A stretch of 46,708 bases of DNA from an uncultured virus (IMG/VR IMGVR_UViG_2124908030_000005) (IMGVR_UViG_2124908030_000005), one strand, 5' to 3'. Shown: positions 10,222 to 22,009, numbered from the stretch's first letter. Program-made: numbers and translations. Notes: generated from the letters alone by a model not told the origin.

Positions 10222-12408
10222 ATGGCGATAAATATTGAAGTCAATCTTGAATCCATTGACACGCAGGACATTGCTACTGTCGAGGCACAGTTGGCCTCGC
10301 TCGGAGACGGTGTTTCTGTAGACCTCGATGATATTCTGGATGGTGACTTTAGCGACGTAGAAATTGACATAGATGAAGACTCGCTCAGAAATCAAGTCAA
10401 CAGTGCCTTTGAGGGGACGATGCTCGACGACGGCACGCTTGACATTGACTTTACTGACGACGCTTCAGGAAAACTAGAATCACCAGACGGCGGAGGGGAC
10501 AAAGAACAAAGTAAGATGCGTTTTGCTCCGGTCCAGGCTGCGCTTGGTCGGGTGATTAACAAGCTAGGTTCGATTGAAAAAGAGCTTGGTTCCGACGCCC
10601 AGCAAGCACAAACCAACCGGCATCTCAGTAAGATCAAGCGTATTCTTCAAGGCCAAAACTTCATGGACGGGCCAGAAGCCGAAGACTTCACTACCGGAAA
10701 CCCGCCGTTAACTCGGTTCTACGATCAGCGTGACGTTGACGCCAGCGCCGACTCGCTTGACACACCGCTCAATGAGCTTAATTCTGAGGGCGATCTGATG
10801 GAGGTTGGGCGAAGACTGGACGACATTCGAGACTCCGAGACTGTTGCAAACTTTGGCGAGGCTGACGATTTCTATGCTGACCAACCGGGCTTTGACCGAG
10901 CCACGCGGATGGACTCACTAGACCGACTTCTCAACAAAGACCTCGATTCGTTCAACTTCCGGAGCCCCCGGCTCGACGCCGACGCGGCAGACGTAACGAA
11001 TGTTGATGTGCCTGAGATTATGCCGAATTCCGAATTCGACCCAATTAAAGACGCTCACTCAAAAGCATACCTAGATAATGACCAGCATTTGATAGGCGGA
11101 GAGCGCGTCAAAGACATGGGGAATGGCGTCGGTCTACCTTTGGGCGACCTTCGGGATACGACGAGAAATGGAATCAGGCAGACCACGGATGCTGGCGTAA
11201 GCGGAGCAAAAAGCAGAGAGCAGATTACTTCTAAAAGTCTGAATGGTAACGCAGATCGAGTCAAGAGGCTCCGGCAGCAAAAACTGAAACTTACACAAGT
11301 AAACAACAAACTTAGCAAAGCGTCTGGTGTTCTCCGCAGTGCGCTTGGAAAGATCAAGCCGACGTTCGGACGTGTGTACCAGATTGTTGCCACGTTGCTA
11401 CCAGCAATTTTAGCCCTTGCTGCTGGAATCGGAGCAACGGTTGTTGCACTCGGCGGCCTCGCGGTTGCCGGTGGAGCGATCACGATGCTCGGAATGCTCG
11501 GCGGCGAGGCAGAGACGCTTTCGGGCAGCATGAAGCACGCTGAAAGCCGGATGAAGGACTTTAAGAGGGCACTGTTCCAGGTGCTAGCTCAAGATAATGT
11601 CTTTGACACATTCGGCCCGATAGCAGATGGCTTCTTAGCGAATTTCGTTACACAAGTTGGCCTTGTTGGAGACGAACTAAAGGGCCTCCAAGTCTACGAA
11701 GGGACGATTAACGAGATCATCGGAGACATGGGGCAGATGGCTAAGAATCTCATCAAAGCCATTGTTGAGTTGGAGCCAATAATCAGTCGGATTGCACTGG
11801 CTTTCAGTGACTTCGTGAAAACAGCAGTGCCATCCTTCTTCGCAATGGCTACGAAAGAAGCTGGCTCGATGCAAGGTGTACTCAAAGACTCTCTTGCTGT
11901 TATCCTTCAAGTCTTACGTGGACTCTACGGAGTAGCAAGGGCTGTCTTGTCGCTACTCGGCGCACTAGCAGTGTTCTTACCTGTATTGCGCGTTGTGGCA
12001 GACGTTCTCAACAGCAAACTCTTTCGAGTGCTTGTCACCCTTGTAGCAGTAGTTGGGTCGTTAGTAGTAATTCTGTTCGCTACTGCGAAAGTGTTTGCAG
12101 TTCTGAAAGCTGCATCATTAGCATGGGGTGTGGCGCTGGCAATGAACGCGACATTGAGTGGGGCGTTAGCCTCGATCTGGTCGGGTTCGTGGATTGGGAC
12201 TGCTGTGGGTGGGATTATCTCTATAACTTCCTCTCTCTTTGCAATGAATAGTGCCTTGGCTACAGCAGCGGCTCTTGTGGGAATTGTAACGGGAGGATTA
12301 GCAATCGTTGCAGGTCTCGGAGCAATATTCGCAGGCGGAAAAGCTCTCAAAGGTATTTTGAAGCCTGATAATCCGAGCTTGAGCGGCGAAGCGGCCTTCG
12401 GCAACGGT
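10222..12408 (+). CDS. Tape measure protein, 3' end lost in gap
   Basis: Long ORF after the chaperones with an Ala/Gly/Leu-rich helical hydrophobic C-terminal half. N gap at 12409-12428. Confidence 0.8.
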
Positions 12409-12428
12409 NNNNNNNNNNNNNNNNNNNN

Positions 12429-12807
12429 TCGATTCAAAGTTACAAGTGACAAAGAACTGTCAAGAATTGAAGCCGGACAGACCGGAGAACGAGTGACCAT
12501 TGACAAGCTGAAAAACTCGGACGTGCATATTACTGGTAAAGTCCACGCTTTTGATATGAACGTCATAGACGGGCTTGCACACACAGGAAAACCAGTGGAA
12601 GTCGTGAGTCCGATATTTCAAGAGGGAGCCATCAATGCCATCGTCAAAAAGACTGAACGAGGCGAATTGATTGGCTACGACGCCTTCCCAACATCCGATG
12701 ATTGGCTGTTCAAATACACGCTCGATCTAGTGAGTACCGGCGAGTCGGAATACAAGAGTGGAAACGAAGCCGAAAACCGATACATTCCCCCCCTCTCAGA
12801 ACAATGA
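12429..12807 (+). CDS. Baseplate/tail-tube initiator-like protein, C-terminal fragment (copy 1)
   Basis: Sequence after the gap differs in character from the tape measure and is nearly identical to 13672-13878. Confidence 0.5.
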
Positions 12808-13651
12808 ATTACAACGGCTCGGGGAATGTAAGGCTCATGCTGAGGTTTCAATATGGTGCAGGTCTTGAGCCAGAAAAAGTAAGACTTTCAACTGGAAAAG
12901 GCCAGTACGACACCCTTGTTGGAAAATTCGGGCCACGAACCGTTGAAGCAATCCAAAATTCAGACGCTTTAGATAAAGGCCCCCAATCTGTGCTAGTCTT
13001 TGCTAGTAGCGGAGATGAAGTTGGAGACTTAATTAAGCCAGTTGCAACAATGTACTATGAGCCGAGCTTTCTCAAACTTGGCGATTCAACCAAACGCGGC
13101 GACGAGTTGCCGGGATTCATTGAGTTGCACGATCTTCGAGAGGCTTTGAAACACGGCACTGTGAATTACAGTCCCAAATCTACAACGACAAAAGAAACAT
13201 TCCAAAAAATCTGGAATTCAAAGGTTGAAAGTAACTTCTTTGAAAGTAACTTCTTTCAAATAGGTGAAATATTTGTCAGAGAGAATGAAGAAATCAGTAG
13301 ATACACCGAGCAGAATGAAGTTGTGTTTGACCTTGGTGCTGTGTTTGAAAATAACGAAGGAGACACAGGCGGCGGAGCGGAGATCGGGACGCGGGCACTC
13401 CACTTCGACCAGATAACTCCATATAAGGCGTTGCAAAAGGCAGAGAAAGCTCACGGAGTAGAAACTAACATTGATAAAAAAGGCAATTTCATTGTCGGCG
13501 GCCATCATAAGCCCGGCCACAACTACGAGTCATACACAGCCAGCAAAAGCGGGGCTGGAGTTGATTTCCAAGTAGTTAATTCGAGCATTGGAGGGTCACA
13601 CAACGAATTAAACGTCTTAATATCCAAGCCCGGCGCTCGATACTCAGACAA
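12804..13651 (+). CDS. Baseplate hub-like protein (copy 1), truncated at gap
   Basis: ATG at 12804 overlaps the upstream stop. Homologous to 13875-15189, with indels near the contig end. Confidence 0.55.
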
Positions 13652-13671
13652 NNNNNNNNNNNNNNNNNNNN

Positions 13672-13878
13672 GTGGAAGTCGTGAGTCCTGTATTCCAAGA
13701 AGGAGCCATCAATGCTATCGTAAAAAAGACTGAACGGGGCGAATTAGTTGGCTACGACGCCTTCCCAACAGCCGATGATTGGCTTTTCAAATACACACTC
13801 GATCTGGTGAGTACCGGCGAGTCAGAATACAAGAGCGGAAACGAAGCCGAAAACCGATACCTTCCAGACGGCGCATGA
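13672..13878 (+). CDS. Baseplate/tail-tube initiator-like protein, C-terminal fragment (copy 2)
   Basis: VEVVSPVFQEGAINAIVKKTERGELVGYDAFPTADDWLFKYTLDLVSTG is almost identical to copy 1. Confidence 0.5.
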   Translation: MEVVSPVFQEGAINAIVKKTERGELVGYDAFPTADDWLFKYTLDLVSTGESEYKSGNEAENRYLPDGA

Positions 13879-15189
13879 ATTATCAAGGTTCAGGAACAGT
13901 GCGAATCTCGTTGCTGTTCCAAAGCGGCGGCATTCTTGAGCCAGAGAAAGTGAGATTTTCGACTGGAAAAGGCCAGTACGACACGCTCGTTGCGAAGTTT
14001 GGCCCACGGACGGTCGAGACGATTCAAGATGTGGACGACATTGAGCCGCGTCCTCAACCTGTTACTGTACTTGCCAGCACTGGGAACGAGATCGGAGATT
14101 TCATCGAACGAATTGCAACGATGTATTTCGAGCCAGACTACATGAAGCTCGGAAATGCAAGTAAGCGCGGCGACGAGTTGCCGGGGTTCGTTGAGTTGCA
14201 CGATCTCCGAGAAGCATTAAAACATGGCACTGTGAACTATTCTCCCACATCTACGACAACACAAGACACGTTTGAAAAAATCTGGGGGTCAAGAGTTGAA
14301 AAGAACTTCACTGGCTACGGAGACTTAGTTGTTTTAGAAAATGAAGAAATTAGCAGATACACGGAGCAGAGTCAAGTTGTGTTTGACATTGGCGCTGTGT
14401 ATATCAATGACGAAGGAGAATATCTGGGCAACGACACGGAGATCGGAACGCGGGCACTACACTTCGACCAGATTCCTCCGTTCAAGGCGTTAAAAAAAGC
14501 AGAAGAAGCCCACGGGGTAGAAACTAACATTGACAGATACGGCAACCTCATTGTAGGCGGGCACCATCAGCCCAGCTACGATTATCAACTATACACTGCC
14601 AGCAACAGTGGAGCCAACACAGATTATCAAGTAGTTAACTCGAATCTTGGGCAGGTCACACGGCGCATCAAGCGCATGAACATCCAAGGTCCGGCACTTG
14701 ATTACTCAGACAAAACGCCGGAACTTCACCGGGAGCAAATATTTCAAATGATAAGCCCGTTGGCTGAAACCGAAACGTATCGAGTCAATCTCGTTGTCAC
14801 CAACACCGAGCTTGATGAAGGGGCTGTGGTTGATGCGCGAATCAATGACGTTGAACCTGTACCGGACACGCTCATTAAGCACGCCAAGCGGTACTTCCAA
14901 GGCGCTGAATCGGGCGGAGAAGGGAGCCTGTCTCTAAAGCAGTACGGCGAACGCAAAGACGTAAGAAGCGAGCTTTCACTTCCTCGCATTGGAGACGTTA
15001 TCAACACAAAACGATCTGACATTGACAATCAACTGCCCAGAACGCTTGGGAATTCACTGGCTATTGTCACGAATGTCACGCATAAAGTAGACGGCTCATT
15101 CACCACGGAAGTTGACGTAATGCAGCCTCCGTCTTCCAAAGACAAACTCGACGTGCAGATCAAATACTACGCCGTGAGGAAGATCAGAG
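13875..15189 (+). CDS. Baseplate hub-like protein (copy 2), 3' end at gap
   Basis: ATG at 13875 overlaps the upstream stop. C-terminal IVTNVTHKVDGSFTTEVDV is typical of hub proteins; it precedes the spike gene. Confidence 0.6.
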
Positions 15190-15210
15190 NNNNNNNNNNN
15201 NNNNNNNNNA

Positions 15211-15783
15211 GATTTCAATAAGAAACCAGGATACATCACAGAGGTATTCATGCAAGACGGTGCGGTTCTTTGCACCGTTGAAGACAAAACAACACCTAAT
15301 AAAGAATATACTCCCGTAATCTACGCGGCCAACGGACCCAACGAAGTCACTGCTCCGCCCGAAGGAACAGAAGTGATTGTCGAACGAGTCCGAGGCCAGT
15401 ATATCGTCACAGGCACGATTCGAGCGCCCCCATCAGCGGGTAAAAGTGAGCCAGACATTCTTGCTGGAACAAACCAAGAGCGCGGCTCTGTGTCATTCGT
15501 GTTTGGCCAAAGCGGAGAGGAATTTCTCAGCGTGGAGTATCGAGACGGCGGCTACGTGTTCAATCTCGACGTGAAAAATGATGTAACAGTCAAAAGTCAA
15601 GGCGACATTACGATTGATGCTCCGCAAGGCGACGTTCAGATCAGCGAAGGCGGCACCACAAAAAAAGTAGCAACAGAAGACCACACGCATTCGTTAACTT
15701 ACGACGGTGGCGGCGATAACTCAGGGAGCCGTTCTACTACGACAGACAAACCAGACGACAACACGCAGGTTGAACTTGAATGA
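15211..15783 (+). CDS. Baseplate central spike (gpV-like), start probably in gap
   Basis: PPEGTEVIV OB-fold-like motif, beta-repeat stretch and C-terminal DHTH metal-binding tip motif. Confidence 0.7.
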   Translation, partial: DFNKKPGYITEVFMQDGAVLCTVEDKTTPNKEYTPVIYAANGPNEVTAPPEGTEVIVERVRGQYIVTGTIRAPPSAGKSEPDILAGTNQERGSVSFVFGQSGEEFLSVEYRDGGYVFNLDVKNDVTVKSQGDITIDAPQGDVQISEGGTTKKVATEDHTHSLTYDGGGDNSGSRSTTTDKPDDNTQVELE

Positions 15784-16118
15784 CTGACTTAGAGTTAGAC
15801 GAAAACTTGCAGCCGATATTCAAGCCACGACGAGATTACGCCGTGGTAGATGGCCGCAAGGAGTTTGAGCAGTGGGTGCGGCTTCAAGCCCAAGACAGAT
15901 TGTATGGCATTGAGGCGGAGTATGCCAGCGAAGATGTCAAACACAAGATTAAGTTCGTTCTGTCTCAGTTAGCGCGTGAATCGAATTACGTTAATTCAGT
16001 AGAAGGAGTCGAGGTCACTAACTTACAGAAAGACCCGCTTGCGGAAAAGACGGGCTACGAAGCAAAAATCCTGTATAATGAGTCTGAATCGCTCATTCAA
16101 CAACTAGAGGGTCTATGA
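15780..16118 (+). CDS. Baseplate wedge protein (gp25-like)
   Basis: 112 aa, DYAVVDGRKEFEQ, located between spike and baseplate J. Confidence 0.6.
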   Translation: MTDLELDENLQPIFKPRRDYAVVDGRKEFEQWVRLQAQDRLYGIEAEYASEDVKHKIKFVLSQLARESNYVNSVEGVEVTNLQKDPLAEKTGYEAKILYNESESLIQQLEGL

Positions 16119-17344
16119 CATATAATCAAAACACAGCAGAGGTTGAGCCGCGCACACAGCAAGAGTGGCTTGATCTCCTGTTAGAAGACGGCAGCGAGCA
16201 TTGGGGAGAAGATATTACTGAACGAGAAGGCACCTACATTCATCGGCTCTATGAACCGTTTGCTGACCGACTCGCCGAGTTAGAGGAGCAACTTCAGACA
16301 GTACAGCATTCGCTTCGGCTTGAAGATGCGACCGGCCAAGCACTCGACTACCTTGGCGAACGCCTTGGTGTGTCTCGGCGAAAAGACAAGAAAGCTGTCG
16401 GTCAAGTTACGTTTTCTGCATCTGCGCCTGTAGACAAAGACTACGTAGTTCAGAAAGGCACGCGGCTTTCTACTGAAGGCCAAGACTCGATTGTTTTTGT
16501 CGTCGCAAACGAGACAGTGCTAAACGTCGGAGATAGCCAAGTTACCACGAAAGTTGAAGCCAAAGAAACAGGCAGCCAAGGCAACGTGGCCGCGAATACC
16601 ATTACGCGGATTGCTGGCTCAATACTTGGCGTAGATTCAATCACGAATCCTCAAGCAACAAAAAACGGACGGGACATCGAAGTGGATGATGTGTACCGCG
16701 ACCGCATCCAAGCAACCGTTGGAGCGTCTGAAATCACGTCGCTCAAGCGGCTGTATGAGGCGTTGAATATGTATCAGTACGTCGAGCAGGTGCGCCCGCT
16801 AGATAACTCTACAAAAGGCACTCAGAGTGGGTTAGACCCGTATCAGGTCGAAGTTATCGTTGACGCCGAGGCCGGGCACAAAGACGAGATCGCACAAACG
16901 ATTCTTGAAAACACAGCAGCAGGAGCAGAAATAGTGGGCGGCGTCAATGGCACTAAACAAACAGGGACAGCGGAGTTAACGAATGGCCAACAGTTCACAA
17001 TGCCATTCAGCACCCCCGAAGAAGTCCCAATCTACACGACTGTAGACGTGGTAGTAAGCACGCCAACATCAAAACAAGCGATCAAAGACTCTATTATTGA
17101 GTATATCGGCGGGGTCAAAACCAACGGCGAACAAATCTACGGCGAGCTTGGGATTGCAGAGAACGTGTTGGCCGGAGAAATAGACTTTGCTGCCAGAGAA
17201 CTTGAAAATGTGTATGACATTGAGGCGGTCAAAGTTGGGAAAACTTCATCCCCCACAGGCACGACGAATCTGACTATTCAGAGCAATCAGCGAGCGGCAA
17301 CTAAGCCAGCCAACATTGTCATTAACACGTCGCTGAAACAATGA
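16115..17344 (+). CDS. Baseplate J-like protein
   Basis: ATGQALDYLGERLGVSRR, GSQGNVAANTI and GRDIEVDDVYRDRI motifs. Confidence 0.9.
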   Translation: MTYNQNTAEVEPRTQQEWLDLLLEDGSEHWGEDITEREGTYIHRLYEPFADRLAELEEQLQTVQHSLRLEDATGQALDYLGERLGVSRRKDKKAVGQVTFSASAPVDKDYVVQKGTRLSTEGQDSIVFVVANETVLNVGDSQVTTKVEAKETGSQGNVAANTITRIAGSILGVDSITNPQATKNGRDIEVDDVYRDRIQATVGASEITSLKRLYEALNMYQYVEQVRPLDNSTKGTQSGLDPYQVEVIVDAEAGHKDEIAQTILENTAAGAEIVGGVNGTKQTGTAELTNGQQFTMPFSTPEEVPIYTTVDVVVSTPTSKQAIKDSIIEYIGGVKTNGEQIYGELGIAENVLAGEIDFAARELENVYDIEAVKVGKTSSPTGTTNLTIQSNQRAATKPANIVINTSLKQ

Positions 17345-18060
17345 GCGACGGGCAACACTATCTCAACGAAGACGAAGACGTAGCCCAGCCGTGGGTTTCG
17401 CGTGAAGATGAAAGTGGATACGTAATTAAATCTGGCACAAGAGAAGAAGCAATTACGCATCACCTCAACGAGATTGAGAAAGCCTTGGCTCCGTGGCTTC
17501 CGCGAGAAAACGAAACAGGAGAGATTCTTGATGCCGCTGTGGCTGGAGCCGCAGAACTGAGCATTGACACGAGCAAAGTGCAGCGAGGGCTGATTCTTCA
17601 GCAAGCCGAAACCAAGTCAGAAATTGGACAAATAGCCCAACCAGTCGAGCTAGCCCCACGCAAAAACGACACTGTGCGATCATACCGAGACCGGGTACTT
17701 ACAGCATTCCAAAATCTTACTCAACAAGGAACGCGAAAAGACCTACTTGAACTAACATCTACGCTGTTCAATATCAATAAAGAACAAGTAGAAATACGAA
17801 ACTCAACAGTCGCCCCAGTCGTAGTAATTGTAGTTCCAGTGGGAGCAGTTGATACGCCAGATCGGACGCGAGCAGAAATTGTTTCTACGCTGCTAACGGC
17901 CACGGCAGAACCGTTCGGCATTCGCCTTGTCGGCCAAGGAACGCTTGAATACATCACACCAGAAGAACTTGCCGCCGGAGACTACGACATTACGAAGGGG
18001 TACGCCGACTCTGCGAGCGACGACGGTGGCACTTACAGCAACTTTAACGAACGACAGTAA
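17341..18060 (+). CDS. Baseplate wedge protein (gpI/gp48-like)
   Basis: Follows baseplate J; PRKNDTVRSYRDRV...GT motif. Confidence 0.55.
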   Translation: MSDGQHYLNEDEDVAQPWVSREDESGYVIKSGTREEAITHHLNEIEKALAPWLPRENETGEILDAAVAGAAELSIDTSKVQRGLILQQAETKSEIGQIAQPVELAPRKNDTVRSYRDRVLTAFQNLTQQGTRKDLLELTSTLFNINKEQVEIRNSTVAPVVVIVVPVGAVDTPDRTRAEIVSTLLTATAEPFGIRLVGQGTLEYITPEELAAGDYDITKGYADSASDDGGTYSNFNERQ

Positions 18061-18062
18061 CT

Positions 18063-18555
18063 ATGGCAAACTACAATACAAATCTTTCAACGTGGGGAGC
18101 GACGGGTTCATCTCCACCAGCAGGATACCGCTATCAAGACGACGAACCGCCAGTTGACGACTTTGACAATCACACTGTGAGTAACCAGATCAAGGACATT
18201 AAGCACCTGATCTCGGTGACAAACAGCCGGATTGAAAGCTCGAAAGGAGACGAAAACAGTCACCCGACTTCTCCTGAGCAATCAGAACTATATCACAATC
18301 AGACGGTTGGCCGCTTGCAGGTCTATGACGCTGGAACTTCGAGTTGGTACAGCCACCTNNNNNNNNNNNNNNNNNNNNNNNNNNNNNNNNNNNNNNNNNN
18401 NNNNNNNNNNNNNNNNNNNNNNNNNNNNNNNNNNNNNNNNNNNNNNNNNNNNNNNNNNNNNNNNNNNNNNNNNNNNNNNNNNNNNNNNNNNNNNNNNNTA
18501 TGATCTCCAGAAGAATGGCAATGACGGAACCGGCATTATCAACTTTAAGACATGA
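18063..18555 (+). CDS. Tail fibre proximal protein, with internal gap
   Basis: WGATG...GYRY..DEPP...DN N-terminus; N gap at 18359-18498; ends GIINFKT overlapping the next start. Confidence 0.5.
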
Positions 18556-21065
18556 CGATAAACTCGGCAGGCTCCAAGGTTAACTCTCTGACCATTGACG
18601 GGCAGGAAGTAAAAGAAGTCACCATTGACGGGTCTCTTGTGTTTCCGTTCAACGAAGATATGCACATCACCGACATAGATGTGTACGCAGGGACAGCGGG
18701 CAGTGATGATACTGATGTCCATGTCACTGTCAAAAACAGAGGCAATGTCCCTGGCGATAGTAACGTCGAAGTCGAACGTCAGGACACATATGAAGACGAC
18801 TATGGGTACTTCAATCTTAGTGTCGGCTCACAGAATACATTTCACGCTGACTTCAACCACGATGTCCGAGATTTTGGCTCGCATGAAGTGGAGATCACCC
18901 ACAACGGCGGGACTATCTACACGGGTTCTAACCCAGAAAGCAGATATTACAATGTAGGCCGATTCCCTGGTCCGTATCTTGTGAGTAACATCACTGATAA
19001 CGGCAGCACCTACGATGTGACTTACAAGAACCTCGGTGCTGACACAGCTAATGTAGACACTTTCCATCTCGGTGCTGCAACTGCTTCTGGAACCAGCGTT
19101 GGCACAGGTAATACTGTGACTAAAACTTTCACTGACGACGAAGTAGAATCTTTTAGTGGGTCAACTGCTACTGCATACTGGACTGCGAGCAGCGGTTCAA
19201 TTGAAGGAGAGCGTGATACCGTGGAGGTGCCACAGACTGTTGACATAAGAGTAACTGACGTATCAATAACTGGTGGCTTTGCGGACGGAGAAGGCAATAC
19301 AACATTTGTTGCTTCTGTAGAAAACTTTGGTAACTCCACTGGTGACGCGGATACAACGTTCAGAATTCCTGATTCAAGTGGCATCAACGACGTATCAAGC
19401 AGGCTACAGCAGCCGCTAAATCCAGGTGAAACAGATTCACACGTTTACAACGTAGCACACGACCAAGGAGAATATGGCGACTTCTATGTTGAATTAGAAA
19501 ATCTCAATGGAGACATAACAGCAGGCAACGGCAACAACCCACAGGATTTCCCTTACACTGTTGTACCTCCGAGTGCATATCTAGTCAGTGACATCACGGA
19601 CAACGGCGATACGTTCAGCGTCACGTACACTAACGAAGGCAGCGAGGACGCAGACGTGCAGACGTTCCATCTTGGCCCCGCAACAAGCGATGCTGGTGAT
19701 GTGTACACAAGAATTGCGCCTGGAAGTTCTACTACAGCGACGTTCGACGCTTTAGAAGTGAGTAAGTCTACTGGCGACACGGTTCAAGCTTACTGGACTG
19801 GGTACAACATGACGATAAACGGTGATCGTGACAGCATTACTCCTCCAGATGGTCCTAATTTGCAGCTTCAAGGTTTTAGTTACAACGACGAATACATTAC
19901 TGGAGGTCAAATGTGGGCGAAGTTTAAACTTGAAAACACAGGAGACTTACCAGGAGATCATACGTTCACATTTGACGTTTCTGCAAGTAGCAAAAATTAT
20001 CGGGATGAGACTTTAACTGTCCCAGCCAATAGCATTGCAACTTCAAATAAATTCTACTTCAGAGAAATGACCCCCAGCGACTATGGGAAATCATTTGATT
20101 TTGAATTCCAAAACAGGCCCAACGGGCTTCCATACGGCGGCACTTGGGAACCAGAGTCTCCGTTCGGTCACTACTTTCATATAGAAAATGTCAGTACCAC
20201 CGGAGGAACCGAAGAAACAGATTCTACCATAGACGTTAGCCTGAGAAACATTGGCAGAGACGCGGGCACAGGAACCGTAACTGTAAGTGACCCTGATCAC
20301 GCTAATGGCGCAAGTACATCGCAAGACATCACTCTTAATTCAGGAGAAAGGGCAACTGCGGACTTGTCTATTAACCACCCCAACGACGGGACGGTTAATG
20401 TGGGCACTCACAACATAAGCGTAAGCACGGGCAGAGATTCGACAAACTCCTCGTACACTGTCAAAGAGTCTACTAAATTCGAGATAACTAGCTTTAGCGC
20501 GACTGGAGGCATGGCAACAGCAGTAGATAACAACCACCGAACAACGGTGACAAATACAGGTGGCGTAGCGGGCGAAGTAAGCATTAGCTATGACAACCCG
20601 AAAGTAAACGGCTACACCACTACTCTTTCAGCAGGTAGTCATGTTAACTTTAACAAACTCGACGGTCGCGGGTGGACTTCGGATACTGGGGGCACAAAAA
20701 GCCTCACTGTCTCAACACCAGACGATAGCGCAACTGCTTCCTACACAGTAGAGCCGGTGCCAGCCGACATCACAATGGAAATTCTCGAAACAGACAACTA
20801 TCCACTTGGCATCAAAGCAGAAATAGAGAATGTAGGTGGTCAAACTGTTGACATGGAAGTGAGAAATCAGAGTGACAATGACCACCGCTTCGAGGACACC
20901 AACAATGACAGAGTGATGACGATGCCGCCCGGACAAATAAGAACAATAACCCTACCACACCACGATTGCGTCTACTACAACCGCATTAGAGTCTACTTCG
21001 TAAACAGCACAGGAGAGTACGCAAACGGCGCTAGCCGAGGAGTGTACGTTCGCAGCCAAGGTTGA
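18552..21065 (+). CDS. Tail fibre/adhesin with tandem CARDB/Ig-like domains
   Basis: 837 aa, Thr/Ser/Gly/Asp-rich, with recurring V.N.G motifs (VKNRG, YKNLG, VENFG, YTNEG, LENTG, LRNIG, VTNTG, IENVG). Confidence 0.7.
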   Translation: MTINSAGSKVNSLTIDGQEVKEVTIDGSLVFPFNEDMHITDIDVYAGTAGSDDTDVHVTVKNRGNVPGDSNVEVERQDTYEDDYGYFNLSVGSQNTFHADFNHDVRDFGSHEVEITHNGGTIYTGSNPESRYYNVGRFPGPYLVSNITDNGSTYDVTYKNLGADTANVDTFHLGAATASGTSVGTGNTVTKTFTDDEVESFSGSTATAYWTASSGSIEGERDTVEVPQTVDIRVTDVSITGGFADGEGNTTFVASVENFGNSTGDADTTFRIPDSSGINDVSSRLQQPLNPGETDSHVYNVAHDQGEYGDFYVELENLNGDITAGNGNNPQDFPYTVVPPSAYLVSDITDNGDTFSVTYTNEGSEDADVQTFHLGPATSDAGDVYTRIAPGSSTTATFDALEVSKSTGDTVQAYWTGYNMTINGDRDSITPPDGPNLQLQGFSYNDEYITGGQMWAKFKLENTGDLPGDHTFTFDVSASSKNYRDETLTVPANSIATSNKFYFREMTPSDYGKSFDFEFQNRPNGLPYGGTWEPESPFGHYFHIENVSTTGGTEETDSTIDVSLRNIGRDAGTGTVTVSDPDHANGASTSQDITLNSGERATADLSINHPNDGTVNVGTHNISVSTGRDSTNSSYTVKESTKFEITSFSATGGMATAVDNNHRTTVTNTGGVAGEVSISYDNPKVNGYTTTLSAGSHVNFNKLDGRGWTSDTGGTKSLTVSTPDDSATASYTVEPVPADITMEILETDNYPLGIKAEIENVGGQTVDMEVRNQSDNDHRFEDTNNDRVMTMPPGQIRTITLPHHDCVYYNRIRVYFVNSTGEYANGASRGVYVRSQG

Positions 21066-21068
21066 TAT

Positions 21069-21563
21069 ATGTTTGACCACAAAGACGACTTCATAGAGAC
21101 ATTTCGACGCATAGTTTACCCGAAAATTCACGAGCCTCTTTCTCGACTCGGAAACAAAGTTGGAATCAATCTGTACGCAGAAGGCCACGTTGGCTACAAT
21201 CAGCGTGTAGGTACAATTCTGAAACACGAAGACACAATAGAACGAGCATTAACGTCATTGAGCGGGCAGCGAAACGTGATCGCCTGTCTAAAGTCCTTGC
21301 CAGACGACCGGCTCTCAGAAGGGTCGTGGGTGTTCTTGCACGAAGACGCGCCGGAACTAATAGAAGAAGGAATGCAGGTCCACGTCACACTGTTCAATCT
21401 CAAAGACGTAAACGCGGGCCGAGAGGTCTATGCTCACTACGAAGACGACTGGCGGGTTTCTCCGATCAATCACTTGAGAGCAAAAAACTTCGATGTGAAA
21501 GCGGGCAAAGAGAAAATGACCGAAATCTGTAGCCGGTCTGCGGTTCTTGAAGATATTAACTAG
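21069..21563 (+). CDS. Hypothetical protein
   Basis: 164 aa ORF tightly packed in the operon. Confidence 0.6.
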   Translation: MFDHKDDFIETFRRIVYPKIHEPLSRLGNKVGINLYAEGHVGYNQRVGTILKHEDTIERALTSLSGQRNVIACLKSLPDDRLSEGSWVFLHEDAPELIEEGMQVHVTLFNLKDVNAGREVYAHYEDDWRVSPINHLRAKNFDVKAGKEKMTEICSRSAVLEDIN

Positions 21564-21818
21564 ATGGTTCTTTCAAAAGCAGAATTCCAGTCATTGATTC
21601 TCGGAGCAACAGTCGGATTTGTGACGGCATTGAGCGGAGGGAAAGACGCCGCGTGGATGTTCATTATCCTGACTGGCGTGGCGCTCGGCGGCAAGAAAGT
21701 TGACGTTGGGGTGTTAGAGAATGTTCAGAAAGAACCGCTCTATGCCCTCACAACGTCAGTTCTTGCATTCATTATCACTGCGTTCCTCATTGTTCCTCGA
21801 CTACCGGGTGGATTATGA
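21564..21818 (+). CDS. Small membrane protein, possible holin
   Basis: 84 aa with about three hydrophobic segments, at the end of the virion module. Confidence 0.5.
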   Translation: MVLSKAEFQSLILGATVGFVTALSGGKDAAWMFIILTGVALGGKKVDVGVLENVQKEPLYALTTSVLAFIITAFLIVPRLPGGL

Positions 21819-22009
21819 CAGAAGAAAATACAGAAGAAAAAGAGACGTTAACGCTAGAGATTCCGCTTGACCCAGCCCACAGACGCATGGAGTTGGCGCT
21901 GCGAGAGAGCGGGGTCGAAGCCGAACAGCACATTGAACAGCAGGTAGCGCCGGACGTAGAGCAAGCTCTCTACGCCGTGCTACAAGCCACGAAATACAAC
22001 CATGACTAA
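21815..22009 (+). CDS. Hypothetical protein
   Basis: Acidic 64 aa ORF with ATGA overlap. Confidence 0.55.
   Translation: MTEENTEEKETLTLEIPLDPAHRRMELALRESGVEAEQHIEQQVAPDVEQALYAVLQATKYNHD

Noticed and set aside
10222..12807. 861 aa tape measure as a single ORF
   Set aside because: It reads through an N gap; the part after the gap matches the separate gene fragment at 13672-13878.
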